Made by a program: the position numbers and the translations under genes | Source of the DNA: an uncultured virus (IMG/VR IMGVR_UViG_3300034198_030405) | Taxonomy: Duplodnaviria > Heunggongvirae > Uroviricota > Caudoviricetes | DNA: 64,000 nucleotides | Virus record (IMG/VR): IMGVR_UViG_3300034198_030405 | Reading direction: 5' to 3' (one strand) | Notes under the pieces: generated by a model | Told to the model about the DNA's origin: nothing | The model's input: only the letters and a program-made list of their open reading frames with translations | Database searches by the model: none | Part shown: in pieces, positions 19,858 through 30,233 of the stretch | Layout of the letters: each line of letters opens with the position of its first letter | Position numbering within the stretch: position 1 is the first letter of the stretch

Positions 19858-20449
19858 TAGACAAGATATATTCGAACAAGAAACATACCTTTCTTTTGAA
19901 GATGGGTACCCTGAGAGACCAGTGAGCTGGTTTAAGAGTAGCATGTTACCTAAAATACGAAATTTACTTGCAAATAAAAAGCTCTTACTTGATGTAGGGT
20001 GTGCAAGTGGTTATTATACAAAAGAATTTGCACCATTCATTGAGAGGATTGTAGGTGTTGATTATGCATACAACAGAATCAAATATGCAAAAGAACATTT
20101 TGAAGGTGATAAACTAAAGTTTATTCATTCTCGTGTTGATCAATTGAAAGTAGATAGATTGTTTGATGTGATGTTTACATCCATGGTGTTTCAGCACATG
20201 CCGTTAGATATTAAAATGCAGTCATTTGAAAATCTTGCAACACTTGCTTCAGATGATTGCTTGTTTTTAATGTATGATTTCAATAGCAATCAAACAGATA
20301 TTGGCAATGGCTGGGTTGAACCGGTTAGCCCTCAGTGGCTTGATAAACATATCAAAGGATGGAGAGTTAAATCATGTGAACCATTCTGTAACGAATATCA
20401 GACACCGGATAGCATGATTTGGGAATATCAATTAGTTAAAAACTTATAA
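19850..20449 (+). CDS. Class I SAM-dependent methyltransferase
   Basis: LLDVGCASG, GVD. Confidence 0.85.
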   Translation: MSDRQDIFEQETYLSFEDGYPERPVSWFKSSMLPKIRNLLANKKLLLDVGCASGYYTKEFAPFIERIVGVDYAYNRIKYAKEHFEGDKLKFIHSRVDQLKVDRLFDVMFTSMVFQHMPLDIKMQSFENLATLASDDCLFLMYDFNSNQTDIGNGWVEPVSPQWLDKHIKGWRVKSCEPFCNEYQTPDSMIWEYQLVKNL

Positions 20450-21093
20450 TGATTGAACTTCCACGAGTTACTCTTGTTGCTGTTGAAGGTGTAGATGCAA
20501 ATCTTGCTCTCAAAGCTTTGAAGATAAGTGCAAAACAAATACACTTTGCTAAAATTAAATTATTGTCACCTGTAAAACCTACAGATGATTTGAACGGCAT
20601 TGAATGGGTTCAAATTGCTCCAATGAACTATTCAGAATACAATAGATTCATTCTCTTTAGTTTAAGCGATTACATTGATACAGATTTTGCACTAACAGTA
20701 CAAACAGATGGTTTTGTTTTGAATGCAGATTCATGGACACCTGATTTTGAGCAGTATGATTACATAGGAGCTGCATGGCTTCCAGATAGAATTATGATGT
20801 CTCAATGGGTAACACAAGAGGCAAAAATAACAGTGAACAACAATGTAGGCAATGGCGGATTTAGCTTGAGAAGTAAGAGGCTACTTAATGCAACAAAAAA
20901 AGCACCTTTTGTTTGTGATGGTCCAGAAGATGCGTACATTTGTTTGAATCATTACAACTATTTTATACAACAAGGTATTAAATTTGCACCACAAGAAATT
21001 GCCCATATCTTTTCAAGAGAGCAATTCAACTGGCTTACAAACACTTTTGGCTTCCATGGTGATAAAGGATTAATTTATGATTATACTGTATAG
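20449..21093 (+). CDS. DUF5672-like GT-A protein
   Basis: QTDGFV, YDYIGAAW, VGNGGFSLRSK, PED, FGFHG. Confidence 0.75.
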   Translation: MIELPRVTLVAVEGVDANLALKALKISAKQIHFAKIKLLSPVKPTDDLNGIEWVQIAPMNYSEYNRFILFSLSDYIDTDFALTVQTDGFVLNADSWTPDFEQYDYIGAAWLPDRIMMSQWVTQEAKITVNNNVGNGGFSLRSKRLLNATKKAPFVCDGPEDAYICLNHYNYFIQQGIKFAPQEIAHIFSREQFNWLTNTFGFHGDKGLIYDYTV

Positions 21094-21766
21094 AGCTTCA
21101 AATTACGAACTAGATAAACTAACATTCAAGAATAATAGACCTTCGTGGTTTAGCAAGAAGAGGTGCTTTACAAGCATGCATCATGCAGTTTCTCAATCTA
21201 GTGAACACGAGCTGCATGTAGTTGTTGATGGTCCTCGTGGTGAACTTTCTGATTTTATTGAATCGCATCAAAACGTAAATGTTAGATACATCAATGCAAA
21301 TGGAAATGCTGCATGCCTCTCTCAAGTATATGACATCTATCTCAACGAATTTAGAGATCAAGATGTATATTTTGTTGAAGATGATTACTTGCACCTGCCA
21401 CACAGTCTCAACTTAATTGCTGATGGTGTTGAGAGATTTGCCCTTGCAACAGGGTATGATCATACAGATAGATACACTCGTACAGATGATGCATCTTATA
21501 AACAAGAATCAATTGCACTTGGAAGTACCTGTCATTGGAGAACTGCTGAAAGTACGACGTGTACATGGGCAACCAAGGGAGGAGAATGGGGCACCAAGTT
21601 AGTAAACATTGCAAAAACATATCTACTTGAAGATAGAGCGTTTTTCAGATACTTGATAAATTCAGACATAAGATTATATATTCCTATGCCAGGATGTACT
21701 ACTCATTTGAATGCTTTTCAGCTTTCTCCGTATACAGATTGGCATGCATTCAATGACAAATTATGA
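21077..21766 (+). CDS. GT-A-like glycosyltransferase
   Basis: VYFVEDDYLH, HWRTAESTTCT. Confidence 0.65.
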   Translation: MIILYRASNYELDKLTFKNNRPSWFSKKRCFTSMHHAVSQSSEHELHVVVDGPRGELSDFIESHQNVNVRYINANGNAACLSQVYDIYLNEFRDQDVYFVEDDYLHLPHSLNLIADGVERFALATGYDHTDRYTRTDDASYKQESIALGSTCHWRTAESTTCTWATKGGEWGTKLVNIAKTYLLEDRAFFRYLINSDIRLYIPMPGCTTHLNAFQLSPYTDWHAFNDKL

Positions 21767-22746
21767 AGATTCTAATAACAGGAGTAGGTGGATTAATCGG
21801 ATCAAACTTTGCAGACAATTTGCAAAAGTCTGGTTATGATGTTGTAGGTGTAGATAACTTCTTTGGTGGATATGAAGATTTTATTCCAAGTAATGTACCT
21901 TGGAATAAAGTAGAGTTAACAGATGCAACTGCTGTAAAAGAATTTTTTGAGACTCACAAACCGAATGTTGTCTACCATTTTGCAGCTTATGCTGCTGAAG
22001 GTTTATCTCCTTTTATTCGCAAATTCAATTATGAAAACAATGTTATAGCGTCTGTCAATGTGATTAATGAATGCATTAAATCAGATGCAAAACTTATCTT
22101 TACATCTTCTATGGCGGTTTATGGTAACCAGGTACCACCATTTGTTGAATCAATGGTGCCTGCACCTGTTGATCCATATGGCATTGCAAAATATACAGTT
22201 GAGCAGGATATTAAACAAGCTCATGAACAATTTGGTTTGAGGTATAACATTGTTAGACCGCACAATGTTCTAGGCAAAAATCAAAACATATGGGATAGAT
22301 ACAGAAATGTAATTGGCATCTGGATTAGACGCGCACTAAAAGGTGAACCAATTTTGGTATATGGTGATGGTGAGCAGAAAAGAGCATTTTCTGATATCGC
22401 ATGTTATATTGAACCGCTAAAAAAACTATGCAATGGTTTTGACAATGAAATGTTTAACATTGGTGCAGATAGAGAATATACACTAAATGAAGCAGCAAGA
22501 GCAGTACAAGCTGTTGCTGCGAAGTTCAACATTAATGTAAACATTACACATGTTGAAGGTAGGCATGAAGTTAAAAATGCTTTTTGTGATCATAAGAAGG
22601 CAAAGCAGTTACTAGATTTTAAAGATACAACAAATTTTGAACAACTAATTTATGAAATGTTTGAATGGGCTGTGACGCAGCCCGAGAGAAAAATTAAACA
22701 TATGAAATATGAAGTTGACAAAAACATCTACTCTTTTTGGAAATGA
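21763..22746 (+). CDS. NAD-dependent nucleotide-sugar epimerase/dehydratase
   Basis: GVGGLIG, TSSMAVYG, YGIAK. Confidence 0.9.
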   Translation: MKILITGVGGLIGSNFADNLQKSGYDVVGVDNFFGGYEDFIPSNVPWNKVELTDATAVKEFFETHKPNVVYHFAAYAAEGLSPFIRKFNYENNVIASVNVINECIKSDAKLIFTSSMAVYGNQVPPFVESMVPAPVDPYGIAKYTVEQDIKQAHEQFGLRYNIVRPHNVLGKNQNIWDRYRNVIGIWIRRALKGEPILVYGDGEQKRAFSDIACYIEPLKKLCNGFDNEMFNIGADREYTLNEAARAVQAVAAKFNINVNITHVEGRHEVKNAFCDHKKAKQLLDFKDTTNFEQLIYEMFEWAVTQPERKIKHMKYEVDKNIYSFWK

Positions 22747-23354
22747 AAACTAAACAATACAAACAAACTGACCCACGGTGGGCCAATGTAGCAGGTAAAG
22801 TAGGTGTTTCAGACGTACCTAATGCTTTTACACAAGTACTCTACAATTACAGAAATCAAACAGCAATTGACAAAATTACACATGCAATTGAGCTTGGTAC
22901 TTTTGAAGGAGATACGGCGCAAATATTTGCAGAGCATTTTGATAGAGTGTCAACTGTTGAACAATTCATTCAAGGTAATAGTTATACATCAATTAATTTA
23001 TTTGAAAAATACAAAAGCCTTAAGCAACAATACAGTAATATTGATTTTTATAATGCTTGTTCAACAAAATTTCTTGAGGAGTTTTTATCAAAAAATCCCC
23101 ATGAGCAATTTGTAATGTTGATTGATGCACATACACCAACTTATTCACCGGTCATTGATGAATTTAAAGCAATACAACAATTTTCAAAACGAAATGATCA
23201 TATAATCATTGTTGATGATTGTATCGATATTGGTAGCCCAGGTTGGCCTTCGCATGAAGAATTTCAAGCTGCATTCGCAGCAATAAATCCAAAATATGTA
23301 TGTGAGTATACAGGCATTGGGCGTGATATTTTAATAATCTATGAACCTTCTTAA
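22743..23354 (+). CDS. Putative SAM-dependent methyltransferase
   Basis: IELGTFEG, LIDAH, IIVDD. Confidence 0.65.
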   Translation: MKTKQYKQTDPRWANVAGKVGVSDVPNAFTQVLYNYRNQTAIDKITHAIELGTFEGDTAQIFAEHFDRVSTVEQFIQGNSYTSINLFEKYKSLKQQYSNIDFYNACSTKFLEEFLSKNPHEQFVMLIDAHTPTYSPVIDEFKAIQQFSKRNDHIIIVDDCIDIGSPGWPSHEEFQAAFAAINPKYVCEYTGIGRDILIIYEPS

Positions 23355-23952
23355 ATTAGCTGATAAGTATCTTACTGACAAGGGTACAAATTTCTTTGAT
23401 AAAATACCAGGAGCAGGTCATATGTATGCTCCTGTATACGATTTGTTTCTTTCACATTTAAGAGATGAATCAATTAACTTGCTTGAAATAGGCATTGCCA
23501 AAGGTGCTTCTCTATGCATGTGGCAAGAGTATTTTAAAAAAGCTACCGTTGTTGGCCTTGACATTACACTTGATAATGTTGACAAATCTAGACAACTTGG
23601 GGTCGAAGGTGGTGGGTGGCCACATTCAGATAGTATTCATTTAATTCAAGGTAGTCAGACAGATGTTGTAGTCTTGGATAATATTTTTAAAACATTTGAA
23701 AAATTTGATGTTGTAATAGATGATGGTAGCCATGCAAATGAGCACCAGCGTATAAGCTTTGAGCATATCTGGCCAAAGCTTCATAAAGATGCATATTATA
23801 TCATTGAAGATATTCATTGTGACAAAAATGCGGAAAATTCTACACTTAAGGGTATTAATAAAATTATGCATAATGATGCAAGTTTTGAATGTCAGTTTAT
23901 AAATCTTCTCTATACAAACGCAACAAGTATAACCTGTATTATTAAAAAATGA
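23341..23952 (+). CDS. SAM-dependent (sugar O-)methyltransferase
   Basis: TDKG..H.Y, LLEIGIAKGASL, IDDGSH, YIIEDI. Confidence 0.8.
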   Translation: MNLLKLADKYLTDKGTNFFDKIPGAGHMYAPVYDLFLSHLRDESINLLEIGIAKGASLCMWQEYFKKATVVGLDITLDNVDKSRQLGVEGGGWPHSDSIHLIQGSQTDVVVLDNIFKTFEKFDVVIDDGSHANEHQRISFEHIWPKLHKDAYYIIEDIHCDKNAENSTLKGINKIMHNDASFECQFINLLYTNATSITCIIKK

Positions 23953-24530
23953 TTATAGTTCAAATTGGTACAAATGATGGTAATGATGATGTAAAAGTAT
24001 TTGTTAAAGACAATCAATTAGATATTAAGCTCTGCATATTAGTAGAGCCATTGAGTGAGCTCAATGCAAAAATATTAGAAAATTACAAAGGCATTGATAA
24101 TGTTTATGTTGAAAATGTGGCGATTGTTTCATATGATGATACAGAGGAGCAGGACTTTTTCTATGAACAAGACAGTGATAACTATCAAGTGAGTTCACTC
24201 ATTAGTAATCATACTAACGTATCTGTTAAAAGTGTTAATCCTGTAGTGAGTAGAAAAATTAAAGTATTGTCAATAAACAACCTGTTTGAAAAATATGATC
24301 TTCATACAATTGACTGCCTGTATATAGATGCTGAGGGGTTAGATGTAGATATCATTAATAGCATTGATTTTACCAAATTTATTATCAAAAAAATTGTATT
24401 TGAATCAGCTCATAGTGATGGAAATTGGACAAAAGCTGATAAGTATATTAAACTCATTGAAAAACTCAAACTACTCAATTACGATGTACAAGAGTTAGAT
24501 GTTTTGAATACACAAGCAACATTAAAATAG
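23949..24530 (+). CDS. FkbM-family methyltransferase
   Basis: VQIGTNDG, LVEP, IDAEGLD. Confidence 0.85.
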   Translation: MIIVQIGTNDGNDDVKVFVKDNQLDIKLCILVEPLSELNAKILENYKGIDNVYVENVAIVSYDDTEEQDFFYEQDSDNYQVSSLISNHTNVSVKSVNPVVSRKIKVLSINNLFEKYDLHTIDCLYIDAEGLDVDIINSIDFTKFIIKKIVFESAHSDGNWTKADKYIKLIEKLKLLNYDVQELDVLNTQATLK

Positions 24531-24533
24531 ATT

Positions 24534-25517
24534 ATGAAAACAGCATTAGTATTAGGCGCCGGCGGCTTCATTGGTAACCATCTTGTAAATATACTCAAAT
24601 CTGAAGGGTATTGGGTGAGAGGTGTCGATCTCAAACATCCTGAATATCAAGACAAATCAGCAGCTGATGATTTTGTGATTGGTGATTTGCGTGATGTTAA
24701 GATAGTTTCATGTGTGATGTGGTCCCCACTTCAGAGAACTGCACAGGAAGGAAGCTTTGATGAAGTATATCAACTTGCAGCTGATATGGGTGGTGCGGGT
24801 TATATTTTTACCGGAGAAAATGATGCTAATGTCATGCACAACTCTGCAACAATTAATTTGAATGTTGCAGATTTTGCTACAAAGTTTGGAGCTAAGAAGA
24901 TTTTTTATTCATCTTCTGCATGCATGTATCCTGCATACAATCAAGAAGATCCAAGCAATCCCAACTGCACAGAAGCAAGTGCTTATCCAGCAGCTCCGGA
25001 CTCCGAATATGGTTGGGAGAAATTGTTTAGTGAACGTCTGTATCTTGCATATCAACGCAATTATGGATTGAATGTTCGTATTGCACGCTTTCACAACATC
25101 TTTGGTCCACTTGGAACATGGCAGGGTGGCAAAGAAAAAGCTCCTGCAGCCATTTGTCGTAAAGTTATTAATGCTACAGATGAAATTGAAATTTGGGGTG
25201 ATGGAGCGCAGACTCGCTCTTTCCTCTACATTGATGAATGCATTGAAGGTATTCGCCGTTTGATGCAATCTGATTTTACAGGACCTGTGAATCTCGGTTC
25301 AGATGAAATGGTTACTATTAATCAATTGGTTGATTATGCATGTGCAGTTGAAGGGAAGCAGCTTAAAAAGAAATACATTGAAGGACCAACTGGTGTAAGA
25401 GGTAGAAACTCTGATAATAATCTCATCAATGAAAAGCTTCAATGGAAGCCGAACTATTCACTCGCAAAAGGTTTAGAGCAAACATATTTTTGGATCAAAA
25501 ATCAAATAAATGAATAA
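24534..25517 (+). CDS. GDP-mannose 3,5-epimerase-like SDR
   Basis: GAGGFIG, LAADMGGAGYI, SSACMYP, YGWEK, RFHNIFGP, EKAPAAICRK, GVRGRNSDN. Confidence 0.88.
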   Translation: MKTALVLGAGGFIGNHLVNILKSEGYWVRGVDLKHPEYQDKSAADDFVIGDLRDVKIVSCVMWSPLQRTAQEGSFDEVYQLAADMGGAGYIFTGENDANVMHNSATINLNVADFATKFGAKKIFYSSSACMYPAYNQEDPSNPNCTEASAYPAAPDSEYGWEKLFSERLYLAYQRNYGLNVRIARFHNIFGPLGTWQGGKEKAPAAICRKVINATDEIEIWGDGAQTRSFLYIDECIEGIRRLMQSDFTGPVNLGSDEMVTINQLVDYACAVEGKQLKKKYIEGPTGVRGRNSDNNLINEKLQWKPNYSLAKGLEQTYFWIKNQINE

Positions 25518-26247
25518 GTATTTTATAAGTTTTGCGACACAATTTAATAATTATACAAATCATCAGCAACAATCACTTAATGAATTTTTAAAATTTAATA
25601 AATTTCAAAAATATTACAGTTTAAATGAGCATTCACTTGATAGTAAATTTTTAGAACAATATAGTTTTATAAATTCTAAAACTCGCGGGTTTGGATACTG
25701 GCTTTGGAAACCGCATATTATTAACAAATTTATATCAAGTGATCGTGTACAATTTGGTGACATTATTTTTTATGTGGATAGCACAGTGCAGCAAGTTGCA
25801 AGTCTGCAACCGCTTTTTAATTTGCTTGAGCAACAAGATGTTATACCATGGATTATCAATGATGGGTTAGGTGATGAGCGAGATTCTTGCAAAAGAGACG
25901 CTTTTATCTTAACAGATTGTGATAATGAAATTTACTGGACGAGTAATAAAAATAGATATTCCGGCCAGTATGGAGCAAGCTATATTTGTTTAAAAAAGAC
26001 TGAACACACAGTCAAATTAATACATGAATGGTATAATTACTGCTGTAATGAAAATATCATTACAGATGAAAAATCTAAATACGGGCAAGATTATAGCATT
26101 TTTAATGATCACCGGCATGATCAAGCAGTATGGAGTTTATTATGTAAAAAATACAATATAAAGCCAATTCACGATATCACACAATATGGCAATCCATATA
26201 GACCTACTGATGAATCGTGGGGACAGCTTCTTTATCATAATAGATAG
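25510..26247 (+). CDS. Putative GT-A-like glycosyltransferase
   Basis: RGFGYWLWKP, YVDS, HRHDQA motifs. Confidence 0.6.
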   Translation: MNKYFISFATQFNNYTNHQQQSLNEFLKFNKFQKYYSLNEHSLDSKFLEQYSFINSKTRGFGYWLWKPHIINKFISSDRVQFGDIIFYVDSTVQQVASLQPLFNLLEQQDVIPWIINDGLGDERDSCKRDAFILTDCDNEIYWTSNKNRYSGQYGASYICLKKTEHTVKLIHEWYNYCCNENIITDEKSKYGQDYSIFNDHRHDQAVWSLLCKKYNIKPIHDITQYGNPYRPTDESWGQLLYHNR

Positions 26248-26280
26248 TTGAAATTTAAAACTAAGATATTATCTTAACAG

Positions 26281-26883
26281 ATGAATTACAACCTTCTCGT
26301 TCGCGATGATCAGCATGTATATGATGGGCATCTCATTCATTCAAGATTTGCATATAAGCTGTTGCGTGATAATGTACTACCTCAAGGCAATATTGTAGCT
26401 TTTCGTGCTCCTATGCATGTTGAAGCATCTGGCATGATTGATTTAGAAGACGTACTCAGCAATGACTTCATCTATAGCAAAGATGCAATTAATTTCTGTT
26501 GGGAAATTCCTAATCTTGAAGCATTTGGTGCAGTAGCTTTCCAGCGTCTGTTTAATACACAACTTGCTAACATTCTATTTAACATCATTCAAAAGCCCAT
26601 TGAAGTTAGTGGTGATGATTTGCTTGTTCATAATGAATTTAAAGGTAGTGATGGAGAGATGCATAGCAAGGGAAAGTGTTCTGTGAGTATTACATATACA
26701 AAGAATGGTGCTGCTCTCGGTCATACAGGAATCAATGTGGATGCAGGGCCTAAGGCACCTGGCTTTGCATATTCTACTAACATGACATCGGAGCAATGCA
26801 ACATGTTTATGGCTAAAGGAATTGAAGCTTTCCATTCAATGACCAATAGCATCTTTGTTGCTACCACAAAGGTAATTGCATGA
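26281..26883 (+). CDS. DUF366-like protein
   Basis: YDG..IHSRFAY, IVAFRAP, DLED, GDDL, KCSVSI, GHTGIN. Confidence 0.7.
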   Translation: MNYNLLVRDDQHVYDGHLIHSRFAYKLLRDNVLPQGNIVAFRAPMHVEASGMIDLEDVLSNDFIYSKDAINFCWEIPNLEAFGAVAFQRLFNTQLANILFNIIQKPIEVSGDDLLVHNEFKGSDGEMHSKGKCSVSITYTKNGAALGHTGINVDAGPKAPGFAYSTNMTSEQCNMFMAKGIEAFHSMTNSIFVATTKVIA

Positions 26884-27254
26884 CCATCTTTAATATACTC
26901 TCTTCCTTATTAACAACCAAGCAGAGGATTGAACTTGATACAGAGAGTGAGAAAGAATTCAATTTATACATGGTAAATAGATGGCTAAGCATGTATTCAC
27001 CCGACGTTGCTGCGCTCATTAACTCTACCACAAATCAGTGGTGGGATATCTTCGATACAAAGCAACAGCAGTATGATTTTCTATTTCATTTAATTGGTAA
27101 AAGTAAATTCAAGAAAATTAACTATATTAAAAAAGCTGCAAAGAATAAAAAGACAAATAAAACAGAAGAATTAGAACAGGAAAAAATGCTTGCACATGCA
27201 AATTTCATGAGCATCAAACAACTTAGAGAGTTGCAAAATGATGCTATTATGTAA
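26880..27254 (+). CDS. gp62-like clamp-loader small subunit
   Basis: FNLYMVNRWLSMY...QYDFL...YIKK. Confidence 0.7.
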   Translation: MTIFNILSSLLTTKQRIELDTESEKEFNLYMVNRWLSMYSPDVAALINSTTNQWWDIFDTKQQQYDFLFHLIGKSKFKKINYIKKAAKNKKTNKTEELEQEKMLAHANFMSIKQLRELQNDAIM

Positions 27255-27263
27255 ATAGTGCAT

Positions 27264-27665
27264 ATGCCAGCAGACATTAATCAGTTAACACCTACACGCA
27301 GCCTCATCGACATGTCATCCCACTCAGAAGGAAACTTCGGGTTGGATGACTTTGTTTTGTCCCAAGTCTATGGCGACATTATTTTGGTTGAATTTACAGA
27401 TTTATCAGAAGATGGTGAATTTATTAAACGTGGTTCCATTTTTATTCAGACCAATGCAGTTACAAAAGCATGGCGCAAAGCTAGAGTTGTACTAGTAGGC
27501 ACAGAAGTAAAAAATACAAAACCTGGTGACATTGTTATGTTTCCAAATGACAAAGGTGTAACTATATCTGGCATTAATATTAAAGGATATGGCACAGTTA
27601 AAAGTGGTATGTTTTTAAATGAGCAGCGCTTGTTTGGCAAATGTGAGCCTAAGACAGAAGTTTAA
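27264..27665 (+). CDS. GroES/gp31-like co-chaperonin
   Basis: DIILVE, ARVVLVG.EVK..KPGDIVMF, FLNEQRLFG. Confidence 0.75.
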   Translation: MPADINQLTPTRSLIDMSSHSEGNFGLDDFVLSQVYGDIILVEFTDLSEDGEFIKRGSIFIQTNAVTKAWRKARVVLVGTEVKNTKPGDIVMFPNDKGVTISGINIKGYGTVKSGMFLNEQRLFGKCEPKTEV

Positions 27666-27667
27666 TT

Positions 27668-28045
27668 ATGCCTGCGACGTATGCTAATCTATATCAAAGT
27701 TTACTCAACAACGTTGTTGATGTTCGCTTCTTACGTCGCAGACAAATTCCTGGAGTTGGACCGGTGCGCAGAATGCTATGCACCAACAACAGTGCATTAC
27801 TCACATCACCGAATGGGCGCATTGTTTTAAATTATAGAACGCCATCTAAAGCTCCTGCATTTAACGCTGCAGCAAAAAATCTCATCATCACCTGGGATAT
27901 AATTATGCAGGATTTTAGAATCATAAGTTTGGATGACTGTGATATTATTAGAACCTTTCCACCTGCGGATGAATTCTGGAATTTTTTTAATGAAGAGATA
28001 TTTATAATGTCAACTCAACAAAAAATAGCATATATGACAGCATGA
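27668..28045 (+). CDS. Conserved phage protein (Sm/SH3-like, WYL_2-like)
   Basis: VVDVRF.RR..RRMLCT..ITWDI..QDFR. Confidence 0.55.
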   Translation: MPATYANLYQSLLNNVVDVRFLRRRQIPGVGPVRRMLCTNNSALLTSPNGRIVLNYRTPSKAPAFNAAAKNLIITWDIIMQDFRIISLDDCDIIRTFPPADEFWNFFNEEIFIMSTQQKIAYMTA

Positions 28046-28386
28046 TTACAGAATATATTGAAAAAACTTTTGGTTCGTTTTTGCAGAGCAAAATAAGCTT
28101 TGACATAAACGGCAAGTCAATTAAAAAAGGCAAATTAATTCTCATTGCCATCAAAGATTTTCATGTATTCTTTATTTTGCAGACTGACAGCGGTGACAAT
28201 AAACAATTTATAATACCCATGCCGTTTGGTATTTCAAAAAACACTACTGATACAATTACATTAGACTATACTCACAATACTTTGTGCCGTGGCAACAAAG
28301 ACATTCTCTTAAAGCTTAGAACTGTTTCAAAGAAGAAAAATACTAGATTTTTTAATATAATTATGCATTGCAAAAAGATAAACTGA
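28042..28386 (+). CDS. Hypothetical protein
   Basis: Translationally coupled ORF. Confidence 0.6.
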   Translation: MITEYIEKTFGSFLQSKISFDINGKSIKKGKLILIAIKDFHVFFILQTDSGDNKQFIIPMPFGISKNTTDTITLDYTHNTLCRGNKDILLKLRTVSKKKNTRFFNIIMHCKKIN

Positions 28387-28401
28387 TTATACAATTGAAA
28401 G

Positions 28402-30024
28402 ATGATTGATATTGACAGACACTTCCCTAAACCATTCACACCTACAGAATCACAGGCTAAAGTGCTTGGTGAAATTTCTGTTGCACTTAATAAACATAAG
28501 TTTGTTATTTGCTGTGCACCGACTGGTAGTGGTAAGAGTATGATTGCAAAAACAGTCTGCAATGCTAGTAATGATGCATCGGAACGGTTCAAGCAATTAG
28601 TAAAAAGTTATGATGTGTATGCAAAAGAATCAGGAGAATATACACATGCAGATGAATGCACTAGTATGCCTGCATTTGGTGGTGCAGTTTTAACTGTGAC
28701 AAAATCTTTACAAGACCAGTATGAGAGATTGTTTGACGATTCAAAGATTCTCAAAGGTAAGAACAATTATGTATGTAAAGTTGACGAAGATCATAGTGTA
28801 GATACTGCACCATGCATCATCATTGATAAAATTAAACAAGATTGCTGGTCATGTGACAAGTGCTTATATTACAATGCGCGTAATGAAAGCATTTTGTCAA
28901 AATTTGGAGTATACAACTACAAAATGTACATGTGCTTGCCGGATCATGTAAAACAAAAGCAATTTTTAGTGTGTGATGAAGCTGCGGAGCTTGAAGATGA
29001 ACTTGTCAAGAGTTATTCCGTAGACATCAAGACTAAATCCTTGCAATATTTGCTCCCTAGTTTTGATGGTGTTGTAGATGTAGAAAATCTCAGTTCAGTA
29101 CGAGTACATCTTACAAACATTGTAACAAATCTTACAGATGTTATCAGTGAGTTGGAGCGCAAAGTTACAAGCAAGAAGAAAAAAGCAGCTCAAAGTGAAG
29201 TTACAAAAATGCTTGCAGCAAAAAACATGCACGGTCAAATTAAAACTGTGCTAGAAAATTGGGGAAAGTGTGAGTACATTGCTGAAAAAACAAAAACAGG
29301 AATTGTTATTAGTCCGCTCAAGGTGGATAAACTATCACATCAATTGTTCGATAATGCGCAGAAAGTTATTCTTATGTCTGCAACCATCATTGATCCAGTA
29401 AATTTTGCTAAGAGTCTGGGCATTGAAGACTATGCATATGTTGAGATGCCGAGCACTTTTGATCCTCAAAAAGCACCCATCATTGTATCAAGCAAATACA
29501 AGATGAATAATGGCAACTGGGAAAAACTAATGCCAGTCTTCAGAAAAATCATTGATGAAATTGTAAACAAACACAAAGGTGAAAAAGGCATTATTCATAC
29601 ACACAACATGAACATCACGAATTACATGAAAGAAAACCTTCGTGGCAGTAGATATCTAGTGCGTGAGAGCGGTGTTGATAATGAGCAAATTCTGCAAATG
29701 CATTTGCAAGGTGATAATGATACCGTGATTGTGAGTCCCAGCATGACACATGGTGTTGATTTAAAAGATGATTTAGCTAGATTTCAAATCATTGTCAAAG
29801 CACCATTTCTACCGCTCAGCAGCAAACGAATCAAGAAGCTTTTTAGCATGGATTCACAGTGGTATGCTAATAAAATGCTTACAACTGTGATACAAGCTAC
29901 TGGGCGAGGTGTTCGCAGCAAAGATGATCACTGTGTTACATACATTTTAGACGGTAATATTGTTCAGAGCATTCTTGATAACGCTAATAAACTGCCTAAA
30001 TACTTCTTGAAACGATTTGTATGA
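28402..30024 (+). CDS. DinG/XPD-family helicase
   Basis: APTGSGKS, KGKNNY.C with further Cys (Fe-S candidates), DEA, MSAT, GVDL..D, QATGRGVR. Confidence 0.85.
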   Translation: MIDIDRHFPKPFTPTESQAKVLGEISVALNKHKFVICCAPTGSGKSMIAKTVCNASNDASERFKQLVKSYDVYAKESGEYTHADECTSMPAFGGAVLTVTKSLQDQYERLFDDSKILKGKNNYVCKVDEDHSVDTAPCIIIDKIKQDCWSCDKCLYYNARNESILSKFGVYNYKMYMCLPDHVKQKQFLVCDEAAELEDELVKSYSVDIKTKSLQYLLPSFDGVVDVENLSSVRVHLTNIVTNLTDVISELERKVTSKKKKAAQSEVTKMLAAKNMHGQIKTVLENWGKCEYIAEKTKTGIVISPLKVDKLSHQLFDNAQKVILMSATIIDPVNFAKSLGIEDYAYVEMPSTFDPQKAPIIVSSKYKMNNGNWEKLMPVFRKIIDEIVNKHKGEKGIIHTHNMNITNYMKENLRGSRYLVRESGVDNEQILQMHLQGDNDTVIVSPSMTHGVDLKDDLARFQIIVKAPFLPLSSKRIKKLFSMDSQWYANKMLTTVIQATGRGVRSKDDHCVTYILDGNIVQSILDNANKLPKYFLKRFV

Positions 30025-30233
30025 ATAGTTATCTTAAAAAAACAAATGATGGTGGTTTGCAGCTCTGCTGTGGTGGCAACAATTGTCCGGTTGTAACCAA
30101 AATAGATCAAACCAAGGTTGAGATTGTAGATGATGATGGCAATAAAGTAGTCATGAAACTCGAACAAGCAAAACTCATTGCTGATGCAGTAAAAGTTTTA
30201 GAAGGTACAAATAATGAGTTACTACTTGGCTAG
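30021..30233 (+). CDS. Hypothetical protein
   Basis: LCCGGNNCPVV; coupled ORF. Confidence 0.6.
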   Translation: MNSYLKKTNDGGLQLCCGGNNCPVVTKIDQTKVEIVDDDGNKVVMKLEQAKLIADAVKVLEGTNNELLLG

